From Bifidobacteriaceae bacterium (GTDB lineage: Bacteria > Actinomycetota > Actinomycetes > Actinomycetales > WQXJ01): DNA of 41,733 nucleotides. The translations under genes were made by a program, and so were the position numbers. The notes under the pieces are model-generated. The model made no database searches. It saw only the letters and a program-made list of their open reading frames with translations, and was not told the DNA's origin. Location: positions 1-41,733 of the forward strand of contig JAITLE010000170.1 of the NCBI GenBank assembly GCA_031278075.1, written 5' to 3'. Below are positions 13,398 through 21,155 of the stretch, in pieces; positions within the stretch are counted from its first letter, which is position 1; every line of letters begins with the position of its first letter.

Positions 13398-13955
13398 CTA
13401 AAGCGCCAGCCCGTCGATCACTTCGGCGCGGGGCAGCGTGGCGAACAGGTCTCCGGGCAAAGCCAACTTGGCGGACCGCAGACCAGCTCCGATCAGGACG
13501 TCGCCGCCTGTCGCGACACCAGAGTCGATCAGGATTCGCCATTCCGGCGGCACTCCGATCGGCGTGATGGCGCCATACTCCATGCCGGAGGCGGCGACCG
13601 CCTGGTCGGTCGGCAGGAATGAGGCTTTGCGAACGTCCAGCAAACGGCGGACGGCGCCGTTGACATCAGCTTTCGAGGCGGCGCGGACCAACACCGCGGC
13701 GACACGTTCCGCGCCCGCCCGCCGGCCCGCGACAAGGACACAGTTCGCCGACGAATCCCAGCTCAGCTGGTATTTCCCAACCAATGTGGCGGTGTCTGAA
13801 TCGGCGGGGTCAATCTGCACCACGCCGACTTCGGACGCGACGCGGGGTTCGAGCCGCGCCCACGCGGTCAGCGCCGCGGCGACCGGCGGGGCGACCAGGT
13901 CAAGGTGGGCTGACGCGGGGATGGTCTCGAGGGAACCGATCTGGGGAAGGCTCAC
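13398..13955 (-). CDS. YbaK/EbsC-family aminoacyl-tRNA editing-domain protein
   Basis: GTG at 13955 is preceded by AAAGGAG with a 5-nt spacer. The body (ANCVLVAGRR...MEYGAITPIGVP...LIGAGLRS) matches the YbaK/ProX pattern. Confidence 0.8.
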   Translation of the reverse strand: MSLPQIGSLETIPASAHLDLVAPPVAAALTAWARLEPRVASEVGVVQIDPADSDTATLVGKYQLSWDSSANCVLVAGRRAGAERVAAVLVRAASKADVNGAVRRLLDVRKASFLPTDQAVAASGMEYGAITPIGVPPEWRILIDSGVATGGDVLIGAGLRSAKLALPGDLFATLPRAEVIDGLAL

Positions 13956-14027
13956 TGCCGCTCCTTTCTGGTTGTGAGGGGTCACGCTTCGGCCCGGGGT
14001 GGCGTCGCGGGGCACGGACGGGAGCTG

Positions 14028-15152
14028 TCAGGCGGCGGAATAGGGGGCCACCACCACACCGACCCGTTGGAACTCCTTCAGGTCGGAGTATCCGGTGGAG
14101 GCCATCGCGCGCTTGAGGGCGCCGACGAAGTTCGCCGTGCCATCCGCTGTGCGCGACGGCCCATAAAGGATCTGTTCCATGGCGCCCCCGGTGCCGACCT
14201 GGACCCGCTCGCCGCGCGGCAATCTGACATGCCGCGCCTCGGGGCCCCAGTGCCAGCCCCGGCCGGGCGCCTCCGCGGCCCTGGCCAGGGCCGCCCCCAG
14301 CATCACGGCGTCGGCGCCGCAAGCGATCGCTTTGACCACGTCCCCCGATCGGCCCACCGCGCCGTCGGCGATCACGTGCACATAGCGTCCGCCCGACTCG
14401 TCGAGGTAGTCGCGGCGAGCCGCCGCCACATCGGCGATGGCGGTGGCCATGGGCGCGTGGATGCCCAGCGTGACCCTGGTGGTGTGGGCCGCGCCGCCGC
14501 CGAATCCGACCAAGATGCCGGCCGCGCCGGTCCGCATCAGATGCAGCGCAGCCGTGTAGGTCGCCGCGCCGCCCACGATCACCGGGACGTCCAACTCGTA
14601 GATGAACCGCTTCAGGTTGAGCGGCTCCGACGCCGCCGACACGTGCTCCGCCGAGACCGTGGTCCCCCTGATCACGAACAGGTCCACCCCGGCGCCCACC
14701 ACCGTGCGCCACAGCGCCTGGGTCCGCTGCGGTGAGAGCGCCCCGGCCACGGTCACACCCGCCGCCCGGATCTCCTCCAGCCGCTGGACTATCAGCTCCG
14801 CTTTGACCGGCTCGGTGTAAATCTGTTGCAGCCGCGGTGTGGCGGCGTCGCCCGGCAGCTCCGCGATCTCCGCCAGGAGCGCCTCCGGATCTTGATACCT
14901 GGTCCAGATGCCCTCCAAGTCGAGCACGCCCAGCCCGCCCAGCTTCCCCAACTGGATCGCTGTCGCCGGCGACATCACCGAGTCCATCGGCGCCGCGATG
15001 ATCGGCGTGTCGAAGTGGTACGCGTCGATCTGCCAGCCGACGGACACATCCTCCGGGTCGCGGGTGCGCCGCGCCGGCACCACAGCCACATCGTCGAGGG
15101 AGTACGCCTTGCGCCCGCGCTTGCCGCGCCCGATGTCGATCTCATTGCTCAC
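14028..15152 (-). CDS. guaB3: GuaB3-family IMP dehydrogenase-related protein (no CBS domains)
   Basis: Similarity starts at VSNEIDIGRGKRGRKAYSLDDVAVVPARRTRDP (GTG at 15152, which is codon 226 of track ORF 14028..15827). It is about 374 aa with a TIM-barrel region (IIAAPMDSV, GGGAAHTT). The upstream 225 aa of the track ORF are R/H/G-rich junk. Confidence 0.85.
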   Translation of the reverse strand: MSNEIDIGRGKRGRKAYSLDDVAVVPARRTRDPEDVSVGWQIDAYHFDTPIIAAPMDSVMSPATAIQLGKLGGLGVLDLEGIWTRYQDPEALLAEIAELPGDAATPRLQQIYTEPVKAELIVQRLEEIRAAGVTVAGALSPQRTQALWRTVVGAGVDLFVIRGTTVSAEHVSAASEPLNLKRFIYELDVPVIVGGAATYTAALHLMRTGAAGILVGFGGGAAHTTRVTLGIHAPMATAIADVAAARRDYLDESGGRYVHVIADGAVGRSGDVVKAIACGADAVMLGAALARAAEAPGRGWHWGPEARHVRLPRGERVQVGTGGAMEQILYGPSRTADGTANFVGALKRAMASTGYSDLKEFQRVGVVVAPYSAA

Positions 15153-15224
15153 GGCCCTAAAGCCTAGCCCGCGCGCCCGCGCCCGGGCGTCCGCGGTGTC
15201 AGCGGTCGGTGAGAGGGTTAACGC

Positions 15225-15905
15225 ATGAGGGAATTGGCTGGGTTCGACACCGAGACGACAGGTGTCTCGTGGCAAGCGGACAGAGTGGTGACGGCGGCGT
15301 TGGTGCGCCGACACGCGGACGGCGGCGAGGAGACCCGCACGTGGCTGATCAACCCGGGGATCGAGATCCCCGAGCGCGCCGCGGCGATCCACGGGATCAC
15401 CACCGAGATGGCTCGGGAACGCGGGGCGCCTCCAGAGGTGGCCTTGGAGGAGGTGGCGGCCGCGTTGGCGGCATGCCTCGCCGCAGGCGTGCCGGTGTTG
15501 GCCTTCAACGCGCCGTTCGACTTGAGGATTCTGGACGCGGACTTGCGCCGACACGAACTGCCCACTTTGGCGGAGCGGCTCGGCCGCCCCGTGGGGCCTG
15601 TGATCGACCCGCTGCTGATCGACCGGGCGGTGGCGCGCTACCGCCCCGGCAAACGCAAGCTGGTCGATCTGATGGCTGTCTATGGCATCCCGCACAGCGA
15701 GAGCTTGCATGACGCCCTTGAGGACGTCCGCCAGTCCATCGCGGTGTTCGACGCGATCGAGCGCCGGTTCGCCGAGATCGCCTCTCTTGACGCGTTCGCG
15801 CTCCACGCCTGGCAGGCGCCCAGGCACCGGGCCTGGGCTGAGAGCTTCAACGAGTGGCTGGCCTCGAAGGGGCGCGTCCCGGACGCGGACCCGGCGTGGC
15901 CGTGA
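15225..15905 (+). CDS. DEDDh 3'-5' exonuclease (DnaQ/epsilon-like domain protein)
   Basis: ExoI is FDTETTG, ExoII is LAFNAPFDLRIL and ExoIII is HDALEDV. Confidence 0.8.
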   Translation: MRELAGFDTETTGVSWQADRVVTAALVRRHADGGEETRTWLINPGIEIPERAAAIHGITTEMARERGAPPEVALEEVAAALAACLAAGVPVLAFNAPFDLRILDADLRRHELPTLAERLGRPVGPVIDPLLIDRAVARYRPGKRKLVDLMAVYGIPHSESLHDALEDVRQSIAVFDAIERRFAEIASLDAFALHAWQAPRHRAWAESFNEWLASKGRVPDADPAWP

Positions 15906-15926
15906 ACGGGCCGCTAGTTGCGACGA

Positions 15927-15966
15927 GGCCCCTGGTCAGGCCGCCGCAGCGGCCTGACCAGGGGCC
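15927..15966. terminator. Bidirectional intrinsic-terminator-like hairpin between the convergent exonuclease and groES genes
   Basis: A perfect 18-bp stem, GGCCCCTGGTCAGGCCGC - cgca - GCGGCCTGACCAGGGGCC, followed by TT on the plus strand. Confidence 0.8.
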
Positions 15967-15984
15967 TTGAAGCTGTGGTCGCGG

Positions 15985-16278
15985 TCAGACGACCTTGGCG
16001 AGGACATCCCGCGCCGACAGGATCAGGTAATCGACCTCGCCCAGGGTGACTTCCGTGCCACCGTACTTCGAGTAGATGACCTTGTCGCCCACGGCCACGT
16101 CGATCGGGACGCGGTTGCCCTTGTCGTCGATGCGACCCGGGCCGACGGCCACGACCTCGCCCTCCTGGGGCTTTTCCTTGGCCGTGTCGGGTAGGTAGAG
16201 ACCGGAGGCCGTCTGAGCGGCCGCCTCGACGGGCGTCACAACGATCCGGTCCTCGAGCGGTTGGATGGAGACCGACAC
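15985..16278 (-). CDS. groES: Co-chaperonin GroES
   Basis: 97 aa with a GTG start. [10 protein letters not shown]...[24 protein letters not shown]...[15 protein letters not shown] is classic Cpn10. Confidence 0.95.
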   Translation of the reverse strand: MSVSIQPLEDRIVVTPVEAAAQTASGLYLPDTAKEKPQEGEVVAVGPGRIDDKGNRVPIDVAVGDKVIYSKYGGTEVTLGEVDYLILSARDVLAKVV

Positions 16279-16427
16279 TGCGGACCTCCCTTTCGCGATC
16301 TAGAAGTTGCAGTTGCTTGAACCGCCCCCCTTTCGGGAATTGGGCCATGCCGTCGCGGTGCCACGACCCGAGCCTCAAGGAGAGCAGCCCCGCCTTGCGG
16401 CGGGACTGTTTCACCTTATGTCGGTCG

Positions 16428-16454
16428 TTAGCACTCGGTCAAGCCGAGTGCTAA
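16428..16454 (-). promoter_or_regulatory. CIRCE operator (HrcA binding site) upstream of groES
   Basis: A perfect TTAGCACTC-N9-GAGTGCTAA. Coordinates were fixed by frame arithmetic on ORF 16307..16630. It lies between the stop of the upstream oxidoreductase gene and groES, about 150 nt from the groES GTG. Confidence 0.9.
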
Positions 16455-16470
16455 GCGTGTCGCCTCTTGA

Positions 16471-17907
16471 TCAGCTGAGCCCCGCAAGTTTGGCCCCGAA
16501 GCGGGCCAGCCGGGAAGTGTGCTCCTGGCGGGCCGCCTCCTCGCGGGCATCCGCGAACGCGAACAGCTTGTACATGCCCCTGATGCCCAGCCAACGGAGC
16601 GGCTCAGGCTCCCAATTGGGTGGACGGTAACCGAACCAGGGCGCCGCGGCGTACGGGGTGTCCAACCCGCTGAGCCGGTCAACCAGCGTGTGCGCGGCGA
16701 CAAAAGCGCTGGTCACACCGTGCCCCGCATAGCCTCCAGCCCACCCCAGGCCGGTTGTCCGGCCATAGTGGACAAACCCGCACCAGTCGCGCGTCACCCC
16801 GATCGAGCCACACCACGCGTGCTCCACGAGGCGCGCCGGCAAGCCAGGGAAGTATTCACGCAGCCGACCGGCCAAAGCCCGCACCGTGGCGCCGTCGACG
16901 GCGCCGAGCCCCGATGTGCGAGACCCGAAACGATACGGCTTGCCGCGGCCGCCGATCGCGATGCGGCCATCCGGCGTGCGCTGCGCGTAAGTGAACACAT
17001 TCGCCGCGTCGGAGAAACACTCGTGCCCGTCCCACCCGATCGCCCGCCACAGATCGGGCCCCAGCGGCGCCGTCATGATGATCGAAGAGTTGACGGGGAC
17101 GATCCGGCGCGCCGGCACGCCCCCGATCCGACCGGAGTCCGCCTCGGCGCAGACCAACACGTGCGGCGCGGTCACCCGCCCGCCGCCCGCCACCTTGACC
17201 TCACCTGGCCGGACCGCCACCGCGCGGCTCCCCTCGTGGATCGACGCCCCGAGACGCTCGACCACTCGGGCCAGGCCCAACACCAGAGCCGCTGGGTTGA
17301 CCTTGGCGGTGTCCGGCTCGAACAACGCGCCCTCAGCCCCGGCCACGGCGATGCGCTCGCTGGTCTGGTCGGCGTCGAGCAAGCTGAGACGTGCCGGGTC
17401 GTAGCCCCAGTCCACCAGGTGGTCGCGTTCCTCGCGCAGGCGGCCCAACGCGGCCGGCGTCCGGGCCACGGTCAAATGCCCGGACACCATGCCGTCGGCC
17501 TCGATCCCCTCAGCCGCGGCGATCTCCAGGATGCGCCTGGGCGAGGCGATCATCAACCGCTGGAAATCCACCACCGCTTCCCGCCCGGCGAAACGCGCGA
17601 GCCGTTCCTGGTTCGCGCTCATCGTGGTGCACAGCCAGCCGTCGTTGCGCCCCGACGCGCCGTAGCCGACATGTCGCGCCTCGAGCACCACCACGTCCGC
17701 GCCCGGGTTCAGTCTCAAGAACCGATAGGCCGCCCACAGCCCGGTGAGTCCGCCGCCGATCACGCACACGTCGGCCGCCTTGGTCCCGTCGAGACGGGGC
17801 CGCTGGCCACCCCCTGCCCCAGCCGCCAGCGCCTCAGTCATCCACGCCGAAACCTGTCCATTGCGCGGGCTGCGCGGCGCGCCCAGCCCTTGATCGAATC
17901 GCGCCAT
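16471..17907 (-). CDS. FAD-dependent oxidoreductase (DAO family, gamma-glutamylputrescine-oxidase-like)
   Basis: Dinucleotide fold DVCVIGGGLTGLWAA and the motif YGASGRNDGW; 478 aa. Confidence 0.8.
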   Translation of the reverse strand: MARFDQGLGAPRSPRNGQVSAWMTEALAAGAGGGQRPRLDGTKAADVCVIGGGLTGLWAAYRFLRLNPGADVVVLEARHVGYGASGRNDGWLCTTMSANQERLARFAGREAVVDFQRLMIASPRRILEIAAAEGIEADGMVSGHLTVARTPAALGRLREERDHLVDWGYDPARLSLLDADQTSERIAVAGAEGALFEPDTAKVNPAALVLGLARVVERLGASIHEGSRAVAVRPGEVKVAGGGRVTAPHVLVCAEADSGRIGGVPARRIVPVNSSIIMTAPLGPDLWRAIGWDGHECFSDAANVFTYAQRTPDGRIAIGGRGKPYRFGSRTSGLGAVDGATVRALAGRLREYFPGLPARLVEHAWCGSIGVTRDWCGFVHYGRTTGLGWAGGYAGHGVTSAFVAAHTLVDRLSGLDTPYAAAPWFGYRPPNWEPEPLRWLGIRGMYKLFAFADAREEAARQEHTSRLARFGAKLAGLS

Positions 17908-18062
17908 GCGTGAACTTTAGGCGCCTCGGCGCACAACCAGGCTTCACGCCTGTTTCGCTGCGATGACGCGTCGGCCGAATTCGGGCGGTAGCATCGCGCT
18001 GTGACAAATCGCGCAGCCGCCGACGCCCGGGCGAGCGAAAGCCGAAGAATCAGGAGAGCCTC

Positions 18063-18896
18063 ATGAGCGGCGGCAAGCCCCGACCCCACGCCGACCAGAG
18101 GAGCAGTTCCGGCCGCCACACGCCGCCTAAGGCTCCCCCGCCCAAACGCGACGCGGTGGTGTACTGGTTGGTCGGGATCGTCGCGGCGACGGTTGTCTTC
18201 AGCGTGGCGTGGGTGACGCGTGGCGCCAGCGGTGGTTCGCCGGCCGCCACCGGCGCCTCGACCGCGCAGACGACGAGCAGCGGGTCCGAGGCGCCGACGC
18301 CCGGACCGCGACCCACCGACGGCTCGAACCCCGCGGAACAAGCTGTCATGGTGGACGATGCCGTCGTGATCGGCGCCAGCGAAGCTCCAGTCACCGTCGA
18401 CATCTATTTGGATTACATTTGCCCGGGTTGCGGGGCTTTCGAGAAGATCAACCGCGTTGAGCTGAGAGACCTGGTCGAATCCGGCCAGGCGAGGCTGAGA
18501 CTGCACCTGCTGACGTTCCTCGACGACGCGTCGTCGGGGACCAGGTATTCGACCAGGGCCGCGAACGCCATGGTGGAGGTGGTCGAGAGGGCCCCCGCGG
18601 CCGCTCTCGCGTTCCATGAGGCGCTGTTCGCCAACCAGCCGGCTGAGGGCTCTGAGGGCCTGACCGACGAGACGATCGCCGAGTTGGCCCGGGAAGCCGG
18701 CGCGCCGGCCGAGGTGATCGCGAAGTTCGGCGCGCTCAGCCAAGACGAGCGGCTCACGACCGAGATGACGCGAGTCTTCGCCGAGGACGGCATCAAGGTG
18801 ACGCCGACCGTGATGATCCAGGGCGAGAAGTTCTCCGGTGACCTCTTCAGCGTGGGCCCGCTCACGCGAGCGATCCAGGCCGCGGCCGGTGAATGA
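18063..18896 (+). CDS. Membrane-anchored DsbA-family thiol:disulfide oxidoreductase
   Basis: AGGAGAG SD sits 5 nt upstream. There is one N-terminal TM helix (VVYWLVGIVAATVVFSVAWV), a CPGC active site and a thioredoxin-like fold. Confidence 0.85.
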   Translation: MSGGKPRPHADQRSSSGRHTPPKAPPPKRDAVVYWLVGIVAATVVFSVAWVTRGASGGSPAATGASTAQTTSSGSEAPTPGPRPTDGSNPAEQAVMVDDAVVIGASEAPVTVDIYLDYICPGCGAFEKINRVELRDLVESGQARLRLHLLTFLDDASSGTRYSTRAANAMVEVVERAPAAALAFHEALFANQPAEGSEGLTDETIAELAREAGAPAEVIAKFGALSQDERLTTEMTRVFAEDGIKVTPTVMIQGEKFSGDLFSVGPLTRAIQAAAGE

Positions 18897-19527
18897 GGGG
18901 GCCGAGGCGACCGCCTTCGACCGGTTCCTCGCGCTGCGTGGGCGCGATCCGTGGATCTTCGCCACGATGCTGTTCTCCAGCGGCATCTCCCTGGTCGCGT
19001 CGTTCGTGCTCTCGGTGGACGCGGTGGCGCTCGCCGGCGATCCGGGGAAGACCCTCTTGTGCGACATCAACCAAGCGATCAGCTGCGGCGCTGTCGCCCA
19101 ATCGTGGCAGGCCAGCGTCTTCGGATTCCCGAACGCGTTCCTCGGGTTGATCGCGGAGCCCGTTGTCATAACCATCGCGGTCGCCTCGCTCACTGGAGTC
19201 CGGTTCCGGCGGGGATTCATGTTCGCGGCCCAAGTGATTTACACCCTCGGCCTGATCTTCGCGTATTGGCTGTTTTATCAGGCGATGTTCAACATCGGCG
19301 CGCTGTGCCCCTGGTGTTTGTTGGTGACTTTGTCCACCACGCTCGTGTTCTCATCCCTGACCCACGTGAACATCCGCGACGGGAACCTATTCCTGCGGCC
19401 ACGGACCGGGCGGCGGCTGGCGGAATTCTGCCAGCGCGGCCACGACCTGGTCGCCGTGGTCGCATGGCTGTCGCTGATCGTGGTCGCGATCGTGGCCCGT
19501 CACGGCCCGGCCCTGATCGGCCGCTGA
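18889..19527 (+). CDS. Vitamin K epoxide reductase (VKOR) family protein
   Basis: GTG at 18889 overlaps the dsbA-like stop by 8 nt. The loop cysteines (LLCDINQAISCGAV) and the CPWC redox motif are present, with 4-5 TM helices. Confidence 0.85.
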   Translation: MNEGAEATAFDRFLALRGRDPWIFATMLFSSGISLVASFVLSVDAVALAGDPGKTLLCDINQAISCGAVAQSWQASVFGFPNAFLGLIAEPVVITIAVASLTGVRFRRGFMFAAQVIYTLGLIFAYWLFYQAMFNIGALCPWCLLVTLSTTLVFSSLTHVNIRDGNLFLRPRTGRRLAEFCQRGHDLVAVVAWLSLIVVAIVARHGPALIGR

Positions 19528-19532
19528 GCCGG

Positions 19533-20245
19533 TCAGGCGGTCAGGGCCTCGAGAGTCGCCCTGGCGCCGACTGCGTGCGGCGAGCCCAGAGCCTTCAAAT
19601 GAGGCCGCGTCAAGCGGGGCTCGTCCGCGCGGGCGCCGAAGAACGATTCCTGCCGCAGGAACGCCAGCGGATCGCGCCCTTGCCGGGCCGCGGCCGCTTT
19701 GACCTCGGTCGCTCGGTTGTCGACGATCTCGATCGGCGCGCCGGACTCGTCCACGCCTTCGGCGAAGCGCGCCCAGGAGGCCACAATCGCCGCCGCCCGC
19801 CCCACCGAGGCGCCCGCCGCCTCGGGCGGCGACGGGGCGCCCTCGGCCCGCATGTAGTCCAGCAGGAACCGGCGCGCCGAACGGTCGCGGACGGCATCGT
19901 GCACCAAGCGGTACCCCATCAGGTGCGAGAAATAGGCGAGCGCCTGGCGCGACACGTTGAGCAGGCGCAGCTTCATCAGCTCAGACGGCTCCACGTCGGC
20001 GACCACCTGGACCCCGGCGCGCTCAAGCGGGGGCCGAACAGCCGGTCGCCTTCCAACAGCCCCACTCCGACAATCCCCAAATCCAGGGCCAGGCCTTGGC
20101 TCATCAAACGGTCGAGGTGATAGGCCTGGTGGGCGCGGTGGAAACCGCCGACGCCGAAGCGCGCGATCCCGGGTGTGACAATCCGGCGGTCATAGCGCGG
20201 TCCCGGGAGGGCGGCGGGAAGCCGCTTGAGGTTGCGCTCACTCAA
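19533..20245 (-). pseudogene. Mannitol dehydrogenase family gene with a roughly 200-codon internal deletion and a frameshift
   Basis: The N-terminal fragment (SERNLKRLP...GIARFGVGGFHRAHQAYHLDRLM...GIVGVGLL) and the C-terminal fragment (KLRLLNVSRQALAYFSHLMGY...) are in different frames and meet near 20010-20040. The conserved KLRLLNGSHS motif has degenerated to KLRLLNVSRQ. Confidence 0.65.
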
Positions 20246-20275
20246 TTCGATGACGGCTGATTCTTGCCCGGCCGC

Positions 20276-20455
20276 CTCCGCGATCTTCGCGTCGCCCGGC
20301 AAACGGATGAGGGCGCCGAGCGCCAGGATTGACAAATATAGGCCCACGACGGTCCACACCACGCCCACGTGACCCCCGGCGCCCAGGATGGCGGCGGTCA
20401 GCGCCGGCCCCAAGAACGAGGCCAGACCGCGGGCCAGGCCCGAAGCGGCGGTTTC
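20276..20455 (-). pseudogene. Possible C-terminal remnant of an MFS-type transporter (last TM hairpin only)
   Basis: AASGLARGLASFLGPALTAAILGAGGHVGVVWTVVGLYLSILALGALIRLPG lies in the same track ORF (19976..20635), upstream of the mannitol dehydrogenase fragment. Similarity disappears where the vapB upstream region begins. Confidence 0.35.
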
Positions 20456-20496
20456 TAAACGGAGAAGTGCGACCCCGTCGGTTGATGCGGGGATGC

Positions 20497-20502
20497 TACG
20501 GT
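20497..20502 (+). promoter_or_regulatory. Candidate extended -10 (TGcTACGGT), 6 nt upstream of the vapB ATG (leaderless-type)
   Basis: The sequence is TGCTACGGTggggtgATG, and there is no SD. Confidence 0.4.
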
Positions 20503-20508
20503 GGGGTG

Positions 20509-20727
20509 ATGCGAACAACTCTGGATATCGATGATGGAGTGATGGCCGCGGCGCGCGCCAAAGCCGCGGCCGACGGCACTTCGCTGGGTCGGGCTGTCTC
20601 GGAGCTCGCCCGCGCCGGGCTGGATGGCGCGGCACGCCGCCAAGGCCGGTTCCCAGTCCTGTTCCCTGCTGTGGCCGGGCATGTCATCACGACTGAATTG
20701 GTCCTGGAACACGCGGAAGACCAGTGA
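20509..20727 (+). CDS. vapB: Type II antitoxin, VapB-like
   Basis: 72 aa beginning MRTTLDIDDGVMAAARAKAA, a typical VapB N-terminus. It is codon 61 of track ORF 20329..20727. Confidence 0.8.
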   Translation: MRTTLDIDDGVMAAARAKAAADGTSLGRAVSELARAGLDGAARRQGRFPVLFPAVAGHVITTELVLEHAEDQ

Positions 20728-21155
20728 CCAAGCCCGTCCTCCACCTCCTCGACGCCAACGCCCTCATCGCGCTCACCAACGCCTCGCACATCCATCACGG
20801 CCGCGTCGCCGACTGGTTCGACACGATCGACCGGTGGGCCACCACCCCGATCACCGAGGCCGCCTTCGTCAGGCTCATGCTTAATCCACTGGTGGCAGGC
20901 GCCCAGTTGACACGCGCGAACGTGGTCGAGGCGCTCGCCGCCATCAGGGACGCGGACAGGCACGAGTTCCTGCCCGACCAGTCCTCCCTGGCCGACCCGA
21001 GGATCGATCTCAGCGGGTTGCTGAGCTTTCGCCAAGTCGCCGACATGCATCTGGTCAACCTCGCGGCCGGGCACGGCGCCGTGCTCGCGACCTTGGACAA
21101 GCGGATCAGGGCCGCGCTCAAGGCCAGTGAGCAGCGCTGGGTTCATCTGATCTAG
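20724..21155 (+). CDS. vapC: PIN-domain ribonuclease toxin VapC
   Basis: There is a GTGA overlap with vapB. The acidic residues have PIN spacing (LLDANALI, PITEAAF, VADMHLV, LATLDK). Confidence 0.85.
   Translation: MTKPVLHLLDANALIALTNASHIHHGRVADWFDTIDRWATTPITEAAFVRLMLNPLVAGAQLTRANVVEALAAIRDADRHEFLPDQSSLADPRIDLSGLLSFRQVADMHLVNLAAGHGAVLATLDKRIRAALKASEQRWVHLI

Noticed and set aside
19889-19902. The copy of the GGACGGCATCGTGC motif inside the mannitol dehydrogenase pseudogene
   Set aside because: It may be coincidental because it encodes VHDAVR on the coding strand. The similar 13-mer GGCATCGTGCGCC also occurs by chance inside kgd, where it encodes GIVR.
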